A stretch of DNA of 64,000 nt from Candidatus Undinarchaeota archaeon. Lineage in GTDB: Archaea; SpSt-1190; JASMDC01. Shown one piece after another: positions 29,781 to 40,313 of the stretch. Made by a program: the position numbers and the translations under genes. The DNA is taken from positions 1 to 64,000 of the forward strand of contig CAZFHY010000015.1 in NCBI GenBank assembly GCA_964519305.1, written 5' to 3'. The notes beneath the pieces were generated by a model that saw nothing but the letters and a program-made list of their open reading frames with translations, was not told the origin of the DNA and searched no databases. Positions within the stretch are counted from its first letter, which is position 1; each line of letters begins with the position of its first letter.

Positions 29781-31571
29781 TTAGCACTTGTCGTCGTGCG
29801 CTGCCACGGGAACGTAGGTCTCGCCGATCCGTTCCATGAGGAGGGGCTGGACGATGATATCGCGGTCTGGGTTCTCCCCCGGAACTATCTCTTCCAAAGA
29901 GGCGGCAACCTGGATCATGTGCGTGGGTGAGCCCGCTTCATCCCGCGATGGTCGGGCTATGCGCAGGTAGCGGCCCGGTTCCGCCCTTCTGATGGAGTAC
30001 CGGCCTTCCTCGTCGGCGATGGCGTGGAGCAGTGGTCCCGGTCCCAGGGGCGCGAACAGCACCTCTACGTAGCGGTCCGGTGTGCCCTTTACATATCCAA
30101 GGGGCTCACGGTCACGCTCCTCCACCCGCCGTTCTGTTGTGCACAGGACGGTCCGATTGAGGTACACGCGTCCGGCCATGCTACCGAATGACTGCATGGT
30201 CACAGTCTCGCTAAGCGTCTCGTGGATGTTCCGCTCGAACGTTGTCCGCGCCAGTCCCGTTGGCTCTGTCGAGCCGATAGTGATGGTGTGAACGCCGCAG
30301 GGTACTCCGTCCTTGGTAAGCCGCCCTTCAGAATATGGATAGGAGCAGGCGTCCACGTTCACGCTACCTGCTTGCGAGCCCTGGAGCGTGATATCGAGAG
30401 CGCAGGGTCCGGCGCAGGGATCGTCGATCTCGGTGGGAAGACCATGGTCCTCCTTTATCGTGACGTTCTCCCCTACCAGGAGGGGCCGCATGTAGAGCAC
30501 CAGCTCAAGAGGTTGTGATAGGTCCGTGCCCGATGCACCCACCACTTGCGTGGCCTTGTTCAGGTCCCGGAGCACAAGACGGACAGGGAAATCGACGTTA
30601 TAGGTGACGGTGTAACTGCCCATACACTGATCGCTGGCCATATCCGTCAGTGGCATGGCGGATGGGACGAGATAGACCTTCTTTTTACTCTCATAGTCAT
30701 CCACTCCGACGTTTGCGATCATTGTGAAGTTAACGGCCAGTTCCGTCAGCGAGTGGTCCCACTCCAGCGATGCATCGGGGAGCCCTTCGTTGGCCAGCGC
30801 CATGGCACGGGCCACGGCCAGGCGTACGTTGTCGCGCACAGGCCCGATCAGCTGGTCGCGCTCTCGGAGCACGGTCCGGGAACTGCAGGGTACGGTCCCG
30901 GACACCATCCCGGGCGGTGACGGTACACGCTCGTCGTTGATTAGCCCGGTGAGCAGAGTGCCCTCCATTGTCCTGTTCTGGTCATAGGCGTGGAGGAACG
31001 TGCGGGCGGTATTGATTAGCAGCCCCAGCCTTAGGGAGTATGCGTGGGATACCGACGCCGTCTCACGCGCCACGGCTTCCTTCCCGGCGACCGTGTAGGG
31101 CATGTCCAGCTCGACCTCGAGCTCCTCCGAAGCGATACGTGTAGTTACAGTGGGCGCCCCCACTTCAACACCGATACCAAGGTCCATCGTGGCCAAGGCG
31201 TCGCCTACCAGCGCTTCCACCCGTCGTGCGAGCATGGCTTCGACGGCTTCCACGGTCGGTAGATTGACCACGGCTCCACGATAGAATAGATAGGGCACAC
31301 CGTTCACGCTCTGACGCGGCGCCATCCCTGTGGGGAATCCACCATGGGCCGCGATCTCGAGCGCCGACTCGGCGACCGCCTCGTCCAGCACGTTGGCCAC
31401 CATGGCCTGGACATCGATGAGCGTGTCGCGAGTCACTTCGGTCTCCTGACGCTCGACCCTTGTGTCCCGGTCGACCTCCGTCCCACGCGACATCATGTAC
31501 ATGGTCATGATGATGACCAGCGCCACCGCTGCTAGGCCGATCATCATCATCTGCCCCCGTCGTCGTCTCAT
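29781..31571 (-). CDS. Large pilin-like protein with class III signal peptide
   Basis: MRRRRGQ-MMMIGLAAVALVII N-terminus; C-terminal beta-sandwich-like region. Confidence 0.7.
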   Translation of the reverse strand: MRRRRGQMMMIGLAAVALVIIMTMYMMSRGTEVDRDTRVERQETEVTRDTLIDVQAMVANVLDEAVAESALEIAAHGGFPTGMAPRQSVNGVPYLFYRGAVVNLPTVEAVEAMLARRVEALVGDALATMDLGIGVEVGAPTVTTRIASEELEVELDMPYTVAGKEAVARETASVSHAYSLRLGLLINTARTFLHAYDQNRTMEGTLLTGLINDERVPSPPGMVSGTVPCSSRTVLRERDQLIGPVRDNVRLAVARAMALANEGLPDASLEWDHSLTELAVNFTMIANVGVDDYESKKKVYLVPSAMPLTDMASDQCMGSYTVTYNVDFPVRLVLRDLNKATQVVGASGTDLSQPLELVLYMRPLLVGENVTIKEDHGLPTEIDDPCAGPCALDITLQGSQAGSVNVDACSYPYSEGRLTKDGVPCGVHTITIGSTEPTGLARTTFERNIHETLSETVTMQSFGSMAGRVYLNRTVLCTTERRVEERDREPLGYVKGTPDRYVEVLFAPLGPGPLLHAIADEEGRYSIRRAEPGRYLRIARPSRDEAGSPTHMIQVAASLEEIVPGENPDRDIIVQPLLMERIGETYVPVAAHDDKC

Positions 31572-34315
31572 GGGCCTCCCCCCTGCTCGTTGCTCCAGTT
31601 GCCAGGATTCCCTTCCGTCATCACGGGGACGCTGTCGGAGAGGGCGCCTCCCGGGCCGTCCATGGACACAACGAGCTCGATGGAGCTCCCTTCGGTCGCC
31701 GGACCGGGCGGCAGACGCGCCCGCGAGAGGTGGAGCTTCACACCCTCATCGGTGCTGACGATGTGAGACAGTGCAGCGGTGATATCGGTACCGCCCATGG
31801 TCACGGTGAAGTCGTCCTGGGTGACCATCGCCTGTGACGTAATTGAGAGGTGGATGTCCATGGAGAACCCGACGGACATCAGGAGGTGGAACAGTGGTCG
31901 GTCTGCGCTCCCAGGGCTGATATGGGATATGTGCATGGCTGCGGGCGCCTCGTCCACAACGTCGAGGAGGACGCGAGCGGACCCCCTGCGCCCCAGCGAG
32001 ATGATCTCGAGCAGCATATAGTTCGAGCGCGGGGGCGAGGTGCTCTGGAAGGTGGCCACCACGCTCCAGGTACCCGCGTCCGGATTGTACGTGGCCGCCA
32101 CGGCGTCCGGCCGCAGCTCCTCTAGGGAGAGGATGAGGTCCTCGGGCTTGAGGTCGCCCACAGGCTCGCCAGCGCTGTTGCGGACCGCGAGCTCCAAACG
32201 GAGGGCCACACCCAGATTGAGGTCGGCGGCATCGATGCGGCCGGGCGAGGCGCGCAGCACCTCGATGGTGAGCTCCCGTGAGTCCGATGGGTAGAGCACG
32301 GACACGGACCGTCGCACGGCTGCCATATTATCGCGATGGTAGACCTCCATCACCGCATCGTACGTGCCCGGTGGCAGACGGCCTTCCACGGGTAGCGATA
32401 GCTGCCACGTGGTACCGGAAACGTCCACCGTTGCGTTCTGTGGTGCCAGGAAGCCCACCCGTCCCCGTGCGCCGACATCGACAGCGGCGGAGGTGTCCAG
32501 AGGGTCCCCTTCACGACGCAGGATGCCGCTCCACACGATATTGGCACCTTCAAGCACGGACGAAGCGTCGATCTCGCGGGGCTCAACCTCGCGGGCGTCG
32601 AACTCCAGCACTGTCGCGATGCATCCCTCGGGAGTGCAGGTCTGACCGGGATCACAAGGGGAGACTGGGCCTTTCTCGTCAAGGCAAACGCAGTAGCCGT
32701 CGCACACCTCGCCGGGGCCGATGCAGCCGAACACCTCGCTCCCACGTCGTGCCGTGCACGAGCCAGGGACCTGGACTATGATATACGGCGAACGGGTAGG
32801 TTCCGGTCGGCACCCGTCGGGTGTGCACTGGTCCGTGGGTTGGCAGGCGTCAAGGGGCTCGCCCCCTTCATCGAAGCACAGACAAATTGGGATGGACACC
32901 GACGAGGGTGAGCACTGCTGGCCGTTCCCTATGCACGGTAATGGTTCGCTATCCACAGAGAAAGAGCCGCGGGGGCACAATGACTCCATGGGCGAACGGA
33001 TGATGGGCTGCCATTCCCGGACCTCTATGGCCCGTGAAGCCATCCCTGTCAGCCTCCCGTGAGCGTACACCCGGGTCTGGACCACGTAGGTGCCCGCTTC
33101 GATCGTCTCGTCGAGTTTGAGCTCTCTTTCCCCGCACCCGTCCTCCCGGAGCACCTCAGCAAGCTCGTCGTCCAGTATGACGGTCTCGCATGCCTCACCG
33201 CTGCTCTGGATATTGACCACGAGCTCCTCACCCGGACGGTAGTCCTCCCTGTCGGTCACGATATCGGCAGGCTCGGCCGCCAGCCCTTCGAGCGTGACGG
33301 GCAACGCTACTCCGGCGCTCCCCTCAGAGGTCTTCGCGGTGACCTGAAGGAGGTACCGACCCGGATTCCACGCCGTTGAGGTCCCAAGGGCGATGCGCGT
33401 GCAGTTCTCGAACACCGCATGTGCCATCTCGCCGGTCCCCGGCAGCACCAGCGACACCGCGCACATCTCGAGTTCGTCATCCGACGCGACCACGGGCATC
33501 ACCGGTTCGCCCAGACGCACTACTAGCGCGTCAAGGGTGACGTTGAATGGGAACTGGGGCTCACCGACCCTGATGTCCGTCCGGGCAACCCCCGCGTCAC
33601 CGCCACCGAGCACGACCATCGCGACAGTGTAGGTTCCGGGCCTCAGCATAGGGGGGACGCCCAGGAAGAACGGTTCGCATCCCGGTGCGTCGGCGATGAC
33701 CAGCGGATCGTCGTCGCGGAAGAGGGCGCCGATGCACAGTGTGCCCGCTGCGGCGGGGAAGGCCACGGCGTCGCCGGCAACGAATGGACCTTCGGGCAGG
33801 ACTATGTCCGTGTTGGTGGTATCCTTTCGCAGCTTGAAACTGCTCGAGACCGGTGCGTCACGGAGGTCGGTAACGACCGTCTCGTGGGTCGGATAGCGGA
33901 GGAGCAGTTCCCTGCGAACGGCCGTGATGGCGGGCGAGAGGACGTACTGGAGCGGCTTGTGCTCGAGATTGAACGACACAGATACCTTACTGTCGCCGAG
34001 CTCAAGATCGTCGATGGAGAGCCCGCTCGGGGATACGACCGTGAAAACGACCTGACGCCGGGGCTCGTCGATGGCCGCAGTGCACGTGAGGGCCGAGGAG
34101 AGGACGGTGCATCGCCTCTCAAGCACGTCCTGCTGAGGGAGAGGACCCTCGTCACTGAACGAGTACGTGAGCGTGACGGTCGTGAGGGCCAGCGATGCCA
34201 CGTCCACTTCCTCCACGAGCGAGGGTATGGTGGCGCTTATGGCCGGTACCAGGAGGAGCCAGATGCAGAGCAAGAGCACGGGTACGCGCATCGTCAGGGT
34301 CGGTTCAGTGTCCAT
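31568..34315 (-). CDS. Secreted multidomain protein (Ig-like and Cys-rich repeats)
   Basis: GGAGGGAG SD before ATG 34315; signal peptide; TDREDY.PGE Ig-like motif; two CIG.G..C...C.C.DE.G...C.P...CTP.GC repeats. Confidence 0.75.
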   Translation of the reverse strand: MDTEPTLTMRVPVLLLCIWLLLVPAISATIPSLVEEVDVASLALTTVTLTYSFSDEGPLPQQDVLERRCTVLSSALTCTAAIDEPRRQVVFTVVSPSGLSIDDLELGDSKVSVSFNLEHKPLQYVLSPAITAVRRELLLRYPTHETVVTDLRDAPVSSSFKLRKDTTNTDIVLPEGPFVAGDAVAFPAAAGTLCIGALFRDDDPLVIADAPGCEPFFLGVPPMLRPGTYTVAMVVLGGGDAGVARTDIRVGEPQFPFNVTLDALVVRLGEPVMPVVASDDELEMCAVSLVLPGTGEMAHAVFENCTRIALGTSTAWNPGRYLLQVTAKTSEGSAGVALPVTLEGLAAEPADIVTDREDYRPGEELVVNIQSSGEACETVILDDELAEVLREDGCGERELKLDETIEAGTYVVQTRVYAHGRLTGMASRAIEVREWQPIIRSPMESLCPRGSFSVDSEPLPCIGNGQQCSPSSVSIPICLCFDEGGEPLDACQPTDQCTPDGCRPEPTRSPYIIVQVPGSCTARRGSEVFGCIGPGEVCDGYCVCLDEKGPVSPCDPGQTCTPEGCIATVLEFDAREVEPREIDASSVLEGANIVWSGILRREGDPLDTSAAVDVGARGRVGFLAPQNATVDVSGTTWQLSLPVEGRLPPGTYDAVMEVYHRDNMAAVRRSVSVLYPSDSRELTIEVLRASPGRIDAADLNLGVALRLELAVRNSAGEPVGDLKPEDLILSLEELRPDAVAATYNPDAGTWSVVATFQSTSPPRSNYMLLEIISLGRRGSARVLLDVVDEAPAAMHISHISPGSADRPLFHLLMSVGFSMDIHLSITSQAMVTQDDFTVTMGGTDITAALSHIVSTDEGVKLHLSRARLPPGPATEGSSIELVVSMDGPGGALSDSVPVMTEGNPGNWSNEQGGGP

Positions 34316-34329
34316 CAGCTCTCCCTCCT

Positions 34330-37300
34330 TTATGTGATAGCGCACCCGCATGCGCAGTTCTCCTGTACCAGTTCGCAGGTTCGTGGGCTGAGACGGAACC
34401 GACATGTGGGAAGGCACTCCTCGCATACGACCTCACGGGTGCAGTTGCTGGTAGTGATGACCGTGGCGATGCGTCCCTCCTCCCCATCGAGGCTGATCAG
34501 GCCGACCTCGAGCTCGGCGAACGGATGGGCCGCGGGATCGACCAGTCTGTCGAGCCATGGACCGGCCCCGGGAGGAGAGGCCGATACCAGGAGCCTGTAG
34601 CGCTCACCAGCTACGGGGGTGAACGGAGGTGTCTCGAAGAGGCTGACCGCTTTGGGATCGAGGGTCAGATCCGGTTCCTGGACCTTCTCATCGAGGAAGG
34701 TCCCACTGTCGTCCACGGGCCGGAGGAGCAGCTCGCCTGTGAATGCCACGGGCTCGGGATTGCCCAGTTCGACATGACCCTTCACCGGTTCGGGTCGGTA
34801 GAGCCGGCTCGTGCGCACGCCCCGGGCGTCGGTGAAGTAGGCGTCTCTGAGAAGCAGTGATGGCCGGGCCACCTCCAGATAAGCGTGAGGGTAAAGGGAG
34901 GCCAGATGCGCCAGGTCCTCGCGGCACCATGATGTGAGGGAGCGGCCTGCGCACTCATTGAGCACCTCACCCTGCGATTGGAAGGTCGTTGTGAGGACGG
35001 AACCGTTAATGTCATGGAGCTCGGCACGCAGCGAGAGCACTTGTCCCGCCATCTCGTTCGTGATGTTGATTACGGGGGTCCTTATTGTATGGGCGCCGGG
35101 CTGGTCGATGGTCACTTCAATCAGCGAACCGTTCACAGGACCGTCGTTGTGCATTACGGTGAGATTGCCTGTGAGCGGGAACACGGTGGTCACGAGCGTC
35201 ACCTCACCCAAGGCGGTGGTCCCCGGGTAGGAGCGCGTGGTCCGCTCGCCCTGAGGTGTGACGAAGTGGACGTTGACGACCGTGAGGTTGTCCATGATGA
35301 ACACACCGTGGATGTCCCCCCTGTCGTAACCGAGCAGTTCTCCGTTGAACCGGACATCTGCAAAGGGGGCGAGAGTCAGGTTAGTGAAGCGAGCGTCCAC
35401 ACGGAACGGCTGGACTGGGATCACCCGCTCGGCGTCGGGTCGTAGAGAGCCGAGCCTGAGACCGGTGGCGACAGAGTGCTTGTACTCGTCACACGAGCAC
35501 GGGCACGTTTCACCGCGAACGCATGGAGGACATGTACAGTTGACCTGGACTTGGAACGCGAGAGACACGTTCCCGGAAACGGTCAGGAGCCCCTGGTTGC
35601 GCACACGGACGCTCGCGCGCAGCATCTCTCCCACGTACATGGCGCGCACCGGTTCCTCGCCGCGTAGGAAGGCCACCTCGACCTCGAGGTCGGGAGCGAG
35701 GGCGTGGCACATGCGCTGACACACCTCGGTGGAGTTCACTGCAAGACAACGCCCCATACAGTCCTTGATCGGTTCCTCGAGCTCCTCCTCCTCGGGGTTC
35801 TCTTCTTCCTCCTCCCCCTCATCCTCGATGGGAGCGTTCCTGCACTTGTCCACGCACCGCGCCTGGAGAGTACCGTTAGCGGGGAACTCCTCGAGACAGG
35901 CGATCTCACAGGTGAGCCCCTGGTCGATGCACTCCTGGGTTGCGGGCAGCTCCTCGAAGCCGTTGAAGCAGCACCATCCCGTGTCCGAGGAGGCGGTCTG
36001 GCACCGCTCGAAGTACGGTGCTGGGATGCCCTTGGCGTCGGGGACGCACTCATCGGTCCCGTTGGCCATCATGCTCGTGTAGTTCAGTGCCATGGTGACG
36101 TTGAACGTCCGGGCACAGCAGGCGAGAACAAGACGTCCGCTCTCCCGGGGCTCTGCTTCGCACGGGACATTGGTGGTGTGCCATGTGAGACCCTCCTCGC
36201 ACACGCACACGCCAGCCTGGGCATGGCAGTGGGACGCGGATGCACCGTGACAACGTCGGCACACCGAGGCACAGTCCATTCCCGGAGTAGTGTAGGTCAG
36301 GCAGGTACCGTCCTTTATGAACAGGCGTTCGGGATCCACGGTGGCCAGGACGTCCACGACCTCCTTCGCCGCGTTCTGGTAGACGTCGAGATTGGCGACC
36401 TCGATGTCCAATGGCAGGGCCGTTGCACGGCATGCCCCGCACTCGCCAGGCGGGCATGCATCGGGATATTCCTCTGGTGTCACCACGCGTCGCTGCGTCT
36501 CGTCGGTGTCGTTCCCCTCGGTACCGACTGGCGGTTTTCGCACGGCAGCGAGGAGCACGTACTTCCAGTCGCCAGCGTCTATATGGTTGGTAGTGACGTC
36601 GGTCACCTGTCCGTCCCAGGCATAGAACATCACCGTCGTCGGCTTGACTTGTCGGTTGACGAACACGACTATGTCCCCCTCGCCGTTCCCGTCGAAGTCC
36701 CCCCCGAGCATGAAGAACGGTACCTTGGTCTTGCACTGGTCCTCCAGGGAGCCGCAGTCGGCGTCCAGTGTGTCGGCGTTTCGGCGCTCTACCGTGCCGT
36801 CCCACCTGTAGAAGTTGACCTTGCCCTTGGCGGTGCGCACGGCCAACTCGGACTTGCCGTCACCATCGAAGTCGCCGGCGGTAACCACAGGGAAGTACTT
36901 GTCGATGAAATAGTAAGGCCAGGTGCGCTTGTGCTCTTTGAGCTCCCACTTCTTCCCGTCAGCACCCTTGGATGTGACCTTTCCGTTCCATTCGTAGAAC
37001 AGGAGCTTGTCACGCTTGTACACAACTGCAAGCTCGTCGCGACCGTCACCGTCGAAGTCCCCGGCGGTCGTCCCGAATAAGATGTCCCCCTCTTTCTCGA
37101 TCTGAAGGAAAGTGGCGTCCTTGACCTTGTCCCCTCCAGTCCATCGATAGAAGAATACGTGGTCGTCGGTGTGGTAGTTGATGGCCAGCTCGTCCGTACC
37201 GTCGCCGTCGAAGTCGCCAGCGGCCGTCCAGCGGATGTAGGGGTCCCACCCATCCGGCATACCCTCCAAGTACTCGCCAGAGCGCTCGTGGAAAGTGCCG

Positions 37301-39027
37301 TCCCAGCGATAGAACCAGATGTTGTCGTCGGTCTCGAAGTTGATAGCGAGCTCATCGCGGCCGTCGCCATCCACGTCCACGGCGACCATACCGGTGATCC
37401 TCGGCGTGCCCCAGGTCATCGGATCGAGGTGTCCACCCATCTTCTGGTGGACGGCTCCCTTGAACTTGTAGAACTTCACGTGGTCCTTTCTGAGCGAGAT
37501 AAGGGCCATGGTGTCGCCAGCGTCCCCCCCGTTCCCGGAGTTACCACTGCCCCCACCGCCCCCTCCGTTCCCCTCCTCCTCGGATTGAAGGAGGTATGCC
37601 CGTCGGGGCCGCAGGAGCGATTGATCGAGGTCATCGAGCCAGAACGGCTCGGTCATCCCGCTGAGCTCGACCTGTTCGGGTGGATCGGGATCTTCGTACA
37701 CAGGGTTCCCGTTAACCTCCCAGGTCTCACAGCAGTATGTGCAGTCATAGGCCACGCCCGTGTCGCCCTGACCGGGGCACTCCGAATCCCGACAGCCGAG
37801 CCCCGCGTCGTTGAACCCCATCCCGGCCACGAGCCACGCACCGCACGAGGGCATGCAGTTCCCGTCCTCCCAGCTGCAGTGGGGATCGCGACCGTTACAC
37901 TCCTCGGCGGTCTCATGCTTGCACACGCCTTCGGTCCCGTTCCCATCATCACCCGGCCCGGATGACTCGCCCCCCTTACGACCGAAGCACTTGCCGACAG
38001 CGAATCCCTCGCAGTACTCCTTCCATGGACCGTCTCCAGAGAGGAGCACGCCTTCGGCCTTCACACGGTGTCCACCCTTCCCGATGTCCTTGGGGACGGC
38101 GGGATCGGCCAGGACACCGATCATCTTCTTCAAGCGGGTCTGGAACTCGGTGATGTTGAGGCCGGCCGACTTGAACGTGGCATTGACCAGAGCAAGGAGT
38201 CCTTCCACCTCCTCTTTCAAAGGTTCGGTGGCCGTGCCGTTTGTAGTGCCGTTGCGCACCTTGCTCGTCATCTCGTCCATGGCCTGGACGAGCCCGGGGA
38301 GGAGGACCAGGAGGTTGTCCTCAAGGTAGGTGCGGAGCAAGGACGCTTCCTCTGCGAGCTCGCACACGTTCGCCTTGGAGCCGAGAGTGCAGGCGTCGTT
38401 CACCGCGCCCAACAGCCGGGCGCACTCGTACACACGGACCGGCAAGGGAAGACTGGAACGCTGCAGGAAACACGAACCACCGCTCTTGCAGGGGATGCCA
38501 TCACAGATCGGACAGGCCCCGGGTAACACGGTCTGGACACCGCTCCCGCACTGACCGGGGCACGCGGTCTTGGCCGCGTTCGCACAGGCAGAGGGATCAA
38601 CGGTGCCGTTTCCGACATCGGATAATGACCCCCCGCACTGGGAGTATCCCTTGGCGTCGAAGGCGCCCTTGGTGCGCTCACATACTTTACAGTGGGCGTC
38701 CAGGGCGTCCTGAGCGATCGCCAGATCGGTAGCAAGGGCCATGTAGAAGTCGTTGAACCGCCCATACACTTCTCGTCCGGCCTCCAAGTACTCGACGATG
38801 TTCTCGTAATGTCGTGGCTCGCACGAGAGCAGTGACATGTCCAGAGGTTCCACGGTACCCTCGACGGTCACACCCCCGGTGAGCGTGAACGGTGGCACTA
38901 GCACGCACATGTCGGGTGGGATACAACCTCCCGTGGTCGTGTTACTAGTGGCGACCGCAGGGCTCGCAAACACCATAAGGACAATTATTACCGTAAGCAG
39001 GTCGCGGCAACCATCCATGTCTGACAC
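34330..39027 (-). CDS. Large secreted FG-GAP/VCBS-repeat, Cys-rich adhesin-like protein (1565 aa)
   Basis: Signal peptide; five (G)D(F/V)DG(D/N)G.(DE)(L/I) repeats at about 36660-37390; flanking Cys-rich regions; C-terminal Ig-like domains. Confidence 0.85.
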   Translation of the reverse strand: MSDMDGCRDLLTVIIVLMVFASPAVATSNTTTGGCIPPDMCVLVPPFTLTGGVTVEGTVEPLDMSLLSCEPRHYENIVEYLEAGREVYGRFNDFYMALATDLAIAQDALDAHCKVCERTKGAFDAKGYSQCGGSLSDVGNGTVDPSACANAAKTACPGQCGSGVQTVLPGACPICDGIPCKSGGSCFLQRSSLPLPVRVYECARLLGAVNDACTLGSKANVCELAEEASLLRTYLEDNLLVLLPGLVQAMDEMTSKVRNGTTNGTATEPLKEEVEGLLALVNATFKSAGLNITEFQTRLKKMIGVLADPAVPKDIGKGGHRVKAEGVLLSGDGPWKEYCEGFAVGKCFGRKGGESSGPGDDGNGTEGVCKHETAEECNGRDPHCSWEDGNCMPSCGAWLVAGMGFNDAGLGCRDSECPGQGDTGVAYDCTYCCETWEVNGNPVYEDPDPPEQVELSGMTEPFWLDDLDQSLLRPRRAYLLQSEEEGNGGGGGGSGNSGNGGDAGDTMALISLRKDHVKFYKFKGAVHQKMGGHLDPMTWGTPRITGMVAVDVDGDGRDELAINFETDDNIWFYRWDGTFHERSGEYLEGMPDGWDPYIRWTAAGDFDGDGTDELAINYHTDDHVFFYRWTGGDKVKDATFLQIEKEGDILFGTTAGDFDGDGRDELAVVYKRDKLLFYEWNGKVTSKGADGKKWELKEHKRTWPYYFIDKYFPVVTAGDFDGDGKSELAVRTAKGKVNFYRWDGTVERRNADTLDADCGSLEDQCKTKVPFFMLGGDFDGNGEGDIVVFVNRQVKPTTVMFYAWDGQVTDVTTNHIDAGDWKYVLLAAVRKPPVGTEGNDTDETQRRVVTPEEYPDACPPGECGACRATALPLDIEVANLDVYQNAAKEVVDVLATVDPERLFIKDGTCLTYTTPGMDCASVCRRCHGASASHCHAQAGVCVCEEGLTWHTTNVPCEAEPRESGRLVLACCARTFNVTMALNYTSMMANGTDECVPDAKGIPAPYFERCQTASSDTGWCCFNGFEELPATQECIDQGLTCEIACLEEFPANGTLQARCVDKCRNAPIEDEGEEEEENPEEEELEEPIKDCMGRCLAVNSTEVCQRMCHALAPDLEVEVAFLRGEEPVRAMYVGEMLRASVRVRNQGLLTVSGNVSLAFQVQVNCTCPPCVRGETCPCSCDEYKHSVATGLRLGSLRPDAERVIPVQPFRVDARFTNLTLAPFADVRFNGELLGYDRGDIHGVFIMDNLTVVNVHFVTPQGERTTRSYPGTTALGEVTLVTTVFPLTGNLTVMHNDGPVNGSLIEVTIDQPGAHTIRTPVINITNEMAGQVLSLRAELHDINGSVLTTTFQSQGEVLNECAGRSLTSWCREDLAHLASLYPHAYLEVARPSLLLRDAYFTDARGVRTSRLYRPEPVKGHVELGNPEPVAFTGELLLRPVDDSGTFLDEKVQEPDLTLDPKAVSLFETPPFTPVAGERYRLLVSASPPGAGPWLDRLVDPAAHPFAELEVGLISLDGEEGRIATVITTSNCTREVVCEECLPTCRFRLSPRTCELVQENCACGCAIT

Positions 39028-39253
39028 CGTCGGAGAGGCCCACCCATGAGTGAGCTGTTTTGGGTCTGTATCGTCCCAGTTTTATATAATGTTCTTGGAA
39101 CGCCCGTGGGACGGGTGAAACACCCGTTGTTCTTTCGACGCTACTGTATGGGGGAGTTCTGTCCTTTCTGGTCTGATCTGACGGTTATTTCGGCCGGATG
39201 AACGTTCATAGGCAGATAACAACGTGATAGTCATCCACGAACAGGGAGTGCTC

Positions 39254-40243
39254 TCAACCTACGACCAGCACGATACCGATTACCGTGGTCACGACACCGC
39301 CGAACAACCTCAAGCTCGCGGTCTCGCCCAGGGCGATCGATATCAGCGCCGTGAATATCGGGCTTGATGCGGTTATTGAGGAGATAACTCCACCATCGGC
39401 AAGGGCGAGCCCCTTGTATGTGAGGATCGAACCGGCTACCGAGCCCACGACGCCCCCAATGCTGAGCAGGACAAGCCGTCGGCCGCTCAGGAGATCGATG
39501 TTTGATCTCATGTTCTTCGTCATACCGTTGATGACAAGCATAAAGACGAAACCTCCGGCCAGGCGGTAGAGGTTGAGGACCTCGGGACGTACCATGTCGA
39601 CCACGGTCTTGAAGATGGCGATGCCTACCGCCCAGCACACCGCTGCCCCCAGGGAGAGAGCTATGCCCAGTCCGAAATTAGAATGTATGAAGTCATCCTT
39701 CGTCAGGACGGATGTCGTGGCACGAAGGCGTTTGAGCATGTAAGCAGGGCGCAGGGCACGGCCCAGACCGAAACCGTATCGCTGATGCTCTTCAGAAGGT
39801 CGGTAGATCGTCCCCTCCTCGCTGCGTGATGTTGATACCAGGTAGATCCCCATCATCACCAGGGTAATCCCGAGGAGGGTCTGCATCATGATGGACTCGC
39901 CCAGGATGAGCATGACGAAGAGCGGGTACACTGAGCTGATGCTCACAGCCCTGGACACACCGATCGCACCGATCGCCCGTATGAGCAGGGTGTCGGCGAT
40001 AGCGAGATTGACCACGCCGCCCACGAGGATGAGAGCTACATTCGTGTTACTGACGGCAAGCACCTCGCCAGCGAACGGTGACATAGTGACAAGGAGCGCA
40101 AGGACCGTAAGGGGTGCTATCAAGCGCACGAGGCTGGCGAATGGTGACGGTAGGTCCTTGGCACCCCGCTCGAAGAACACAGGGCCCATCGCGAAGCATA
40201 GAGCTGCCCCGAACGCGTAGAATACGCCCTCGCTAAGTGACAT
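39254..40243 (-). CDS. EamA/DMT family transporter (paralog of 28842..29720)
   Basis: Same motifs; near-identical C-terminus ISSITA.SPIFTAL...LGE....RLF.GV...V.GIVLVVG. Confidence 0.9.
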   Translation of the reverse strand: MSLSEGVFYAFGAALCFAMGPVFFERGAKDLPSPFASLVRLIAPLTVLALLVTMSPFAGEVLAVSNTNVALILVGGVVNLAIADTLLIRAIGAIGVSRAVSISSVYPLFVMLILGESIMMQTLLGITLVMMGIYLVSTSRSEEGTIYRPSEEHQRYGFGLGRALRPAYMLKRLRATTSVLTKDDFIHSNFGLGIALSLGAAVCWAVGIAIFKTVVDMVRPEVLNLYRLAGGFVFMLVINGMTKNMRSNIDLLSGRRLVLLSIGGVVGSVAGSILTYKGLALADGGVISSITASSPIFTALISIALGETASLRLFGGVVTTVIGIVLVVG

Positions 40244-40313
40244 AATCCTGCCTCGCAGGTGATGGCAAACATTCAGCGCTACTTAAGGATTGGGTTGGGG
40301 TGAACGGACCGGA

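Noticed and set aside
35704-37080. 458-aa + strand ORF and similar long antisense ORFs (e.g. 4998..5909, 44471..45370)
   Set aside because: Antisense shadows caused by high GC3 codon bias of the real genes; no motifs.
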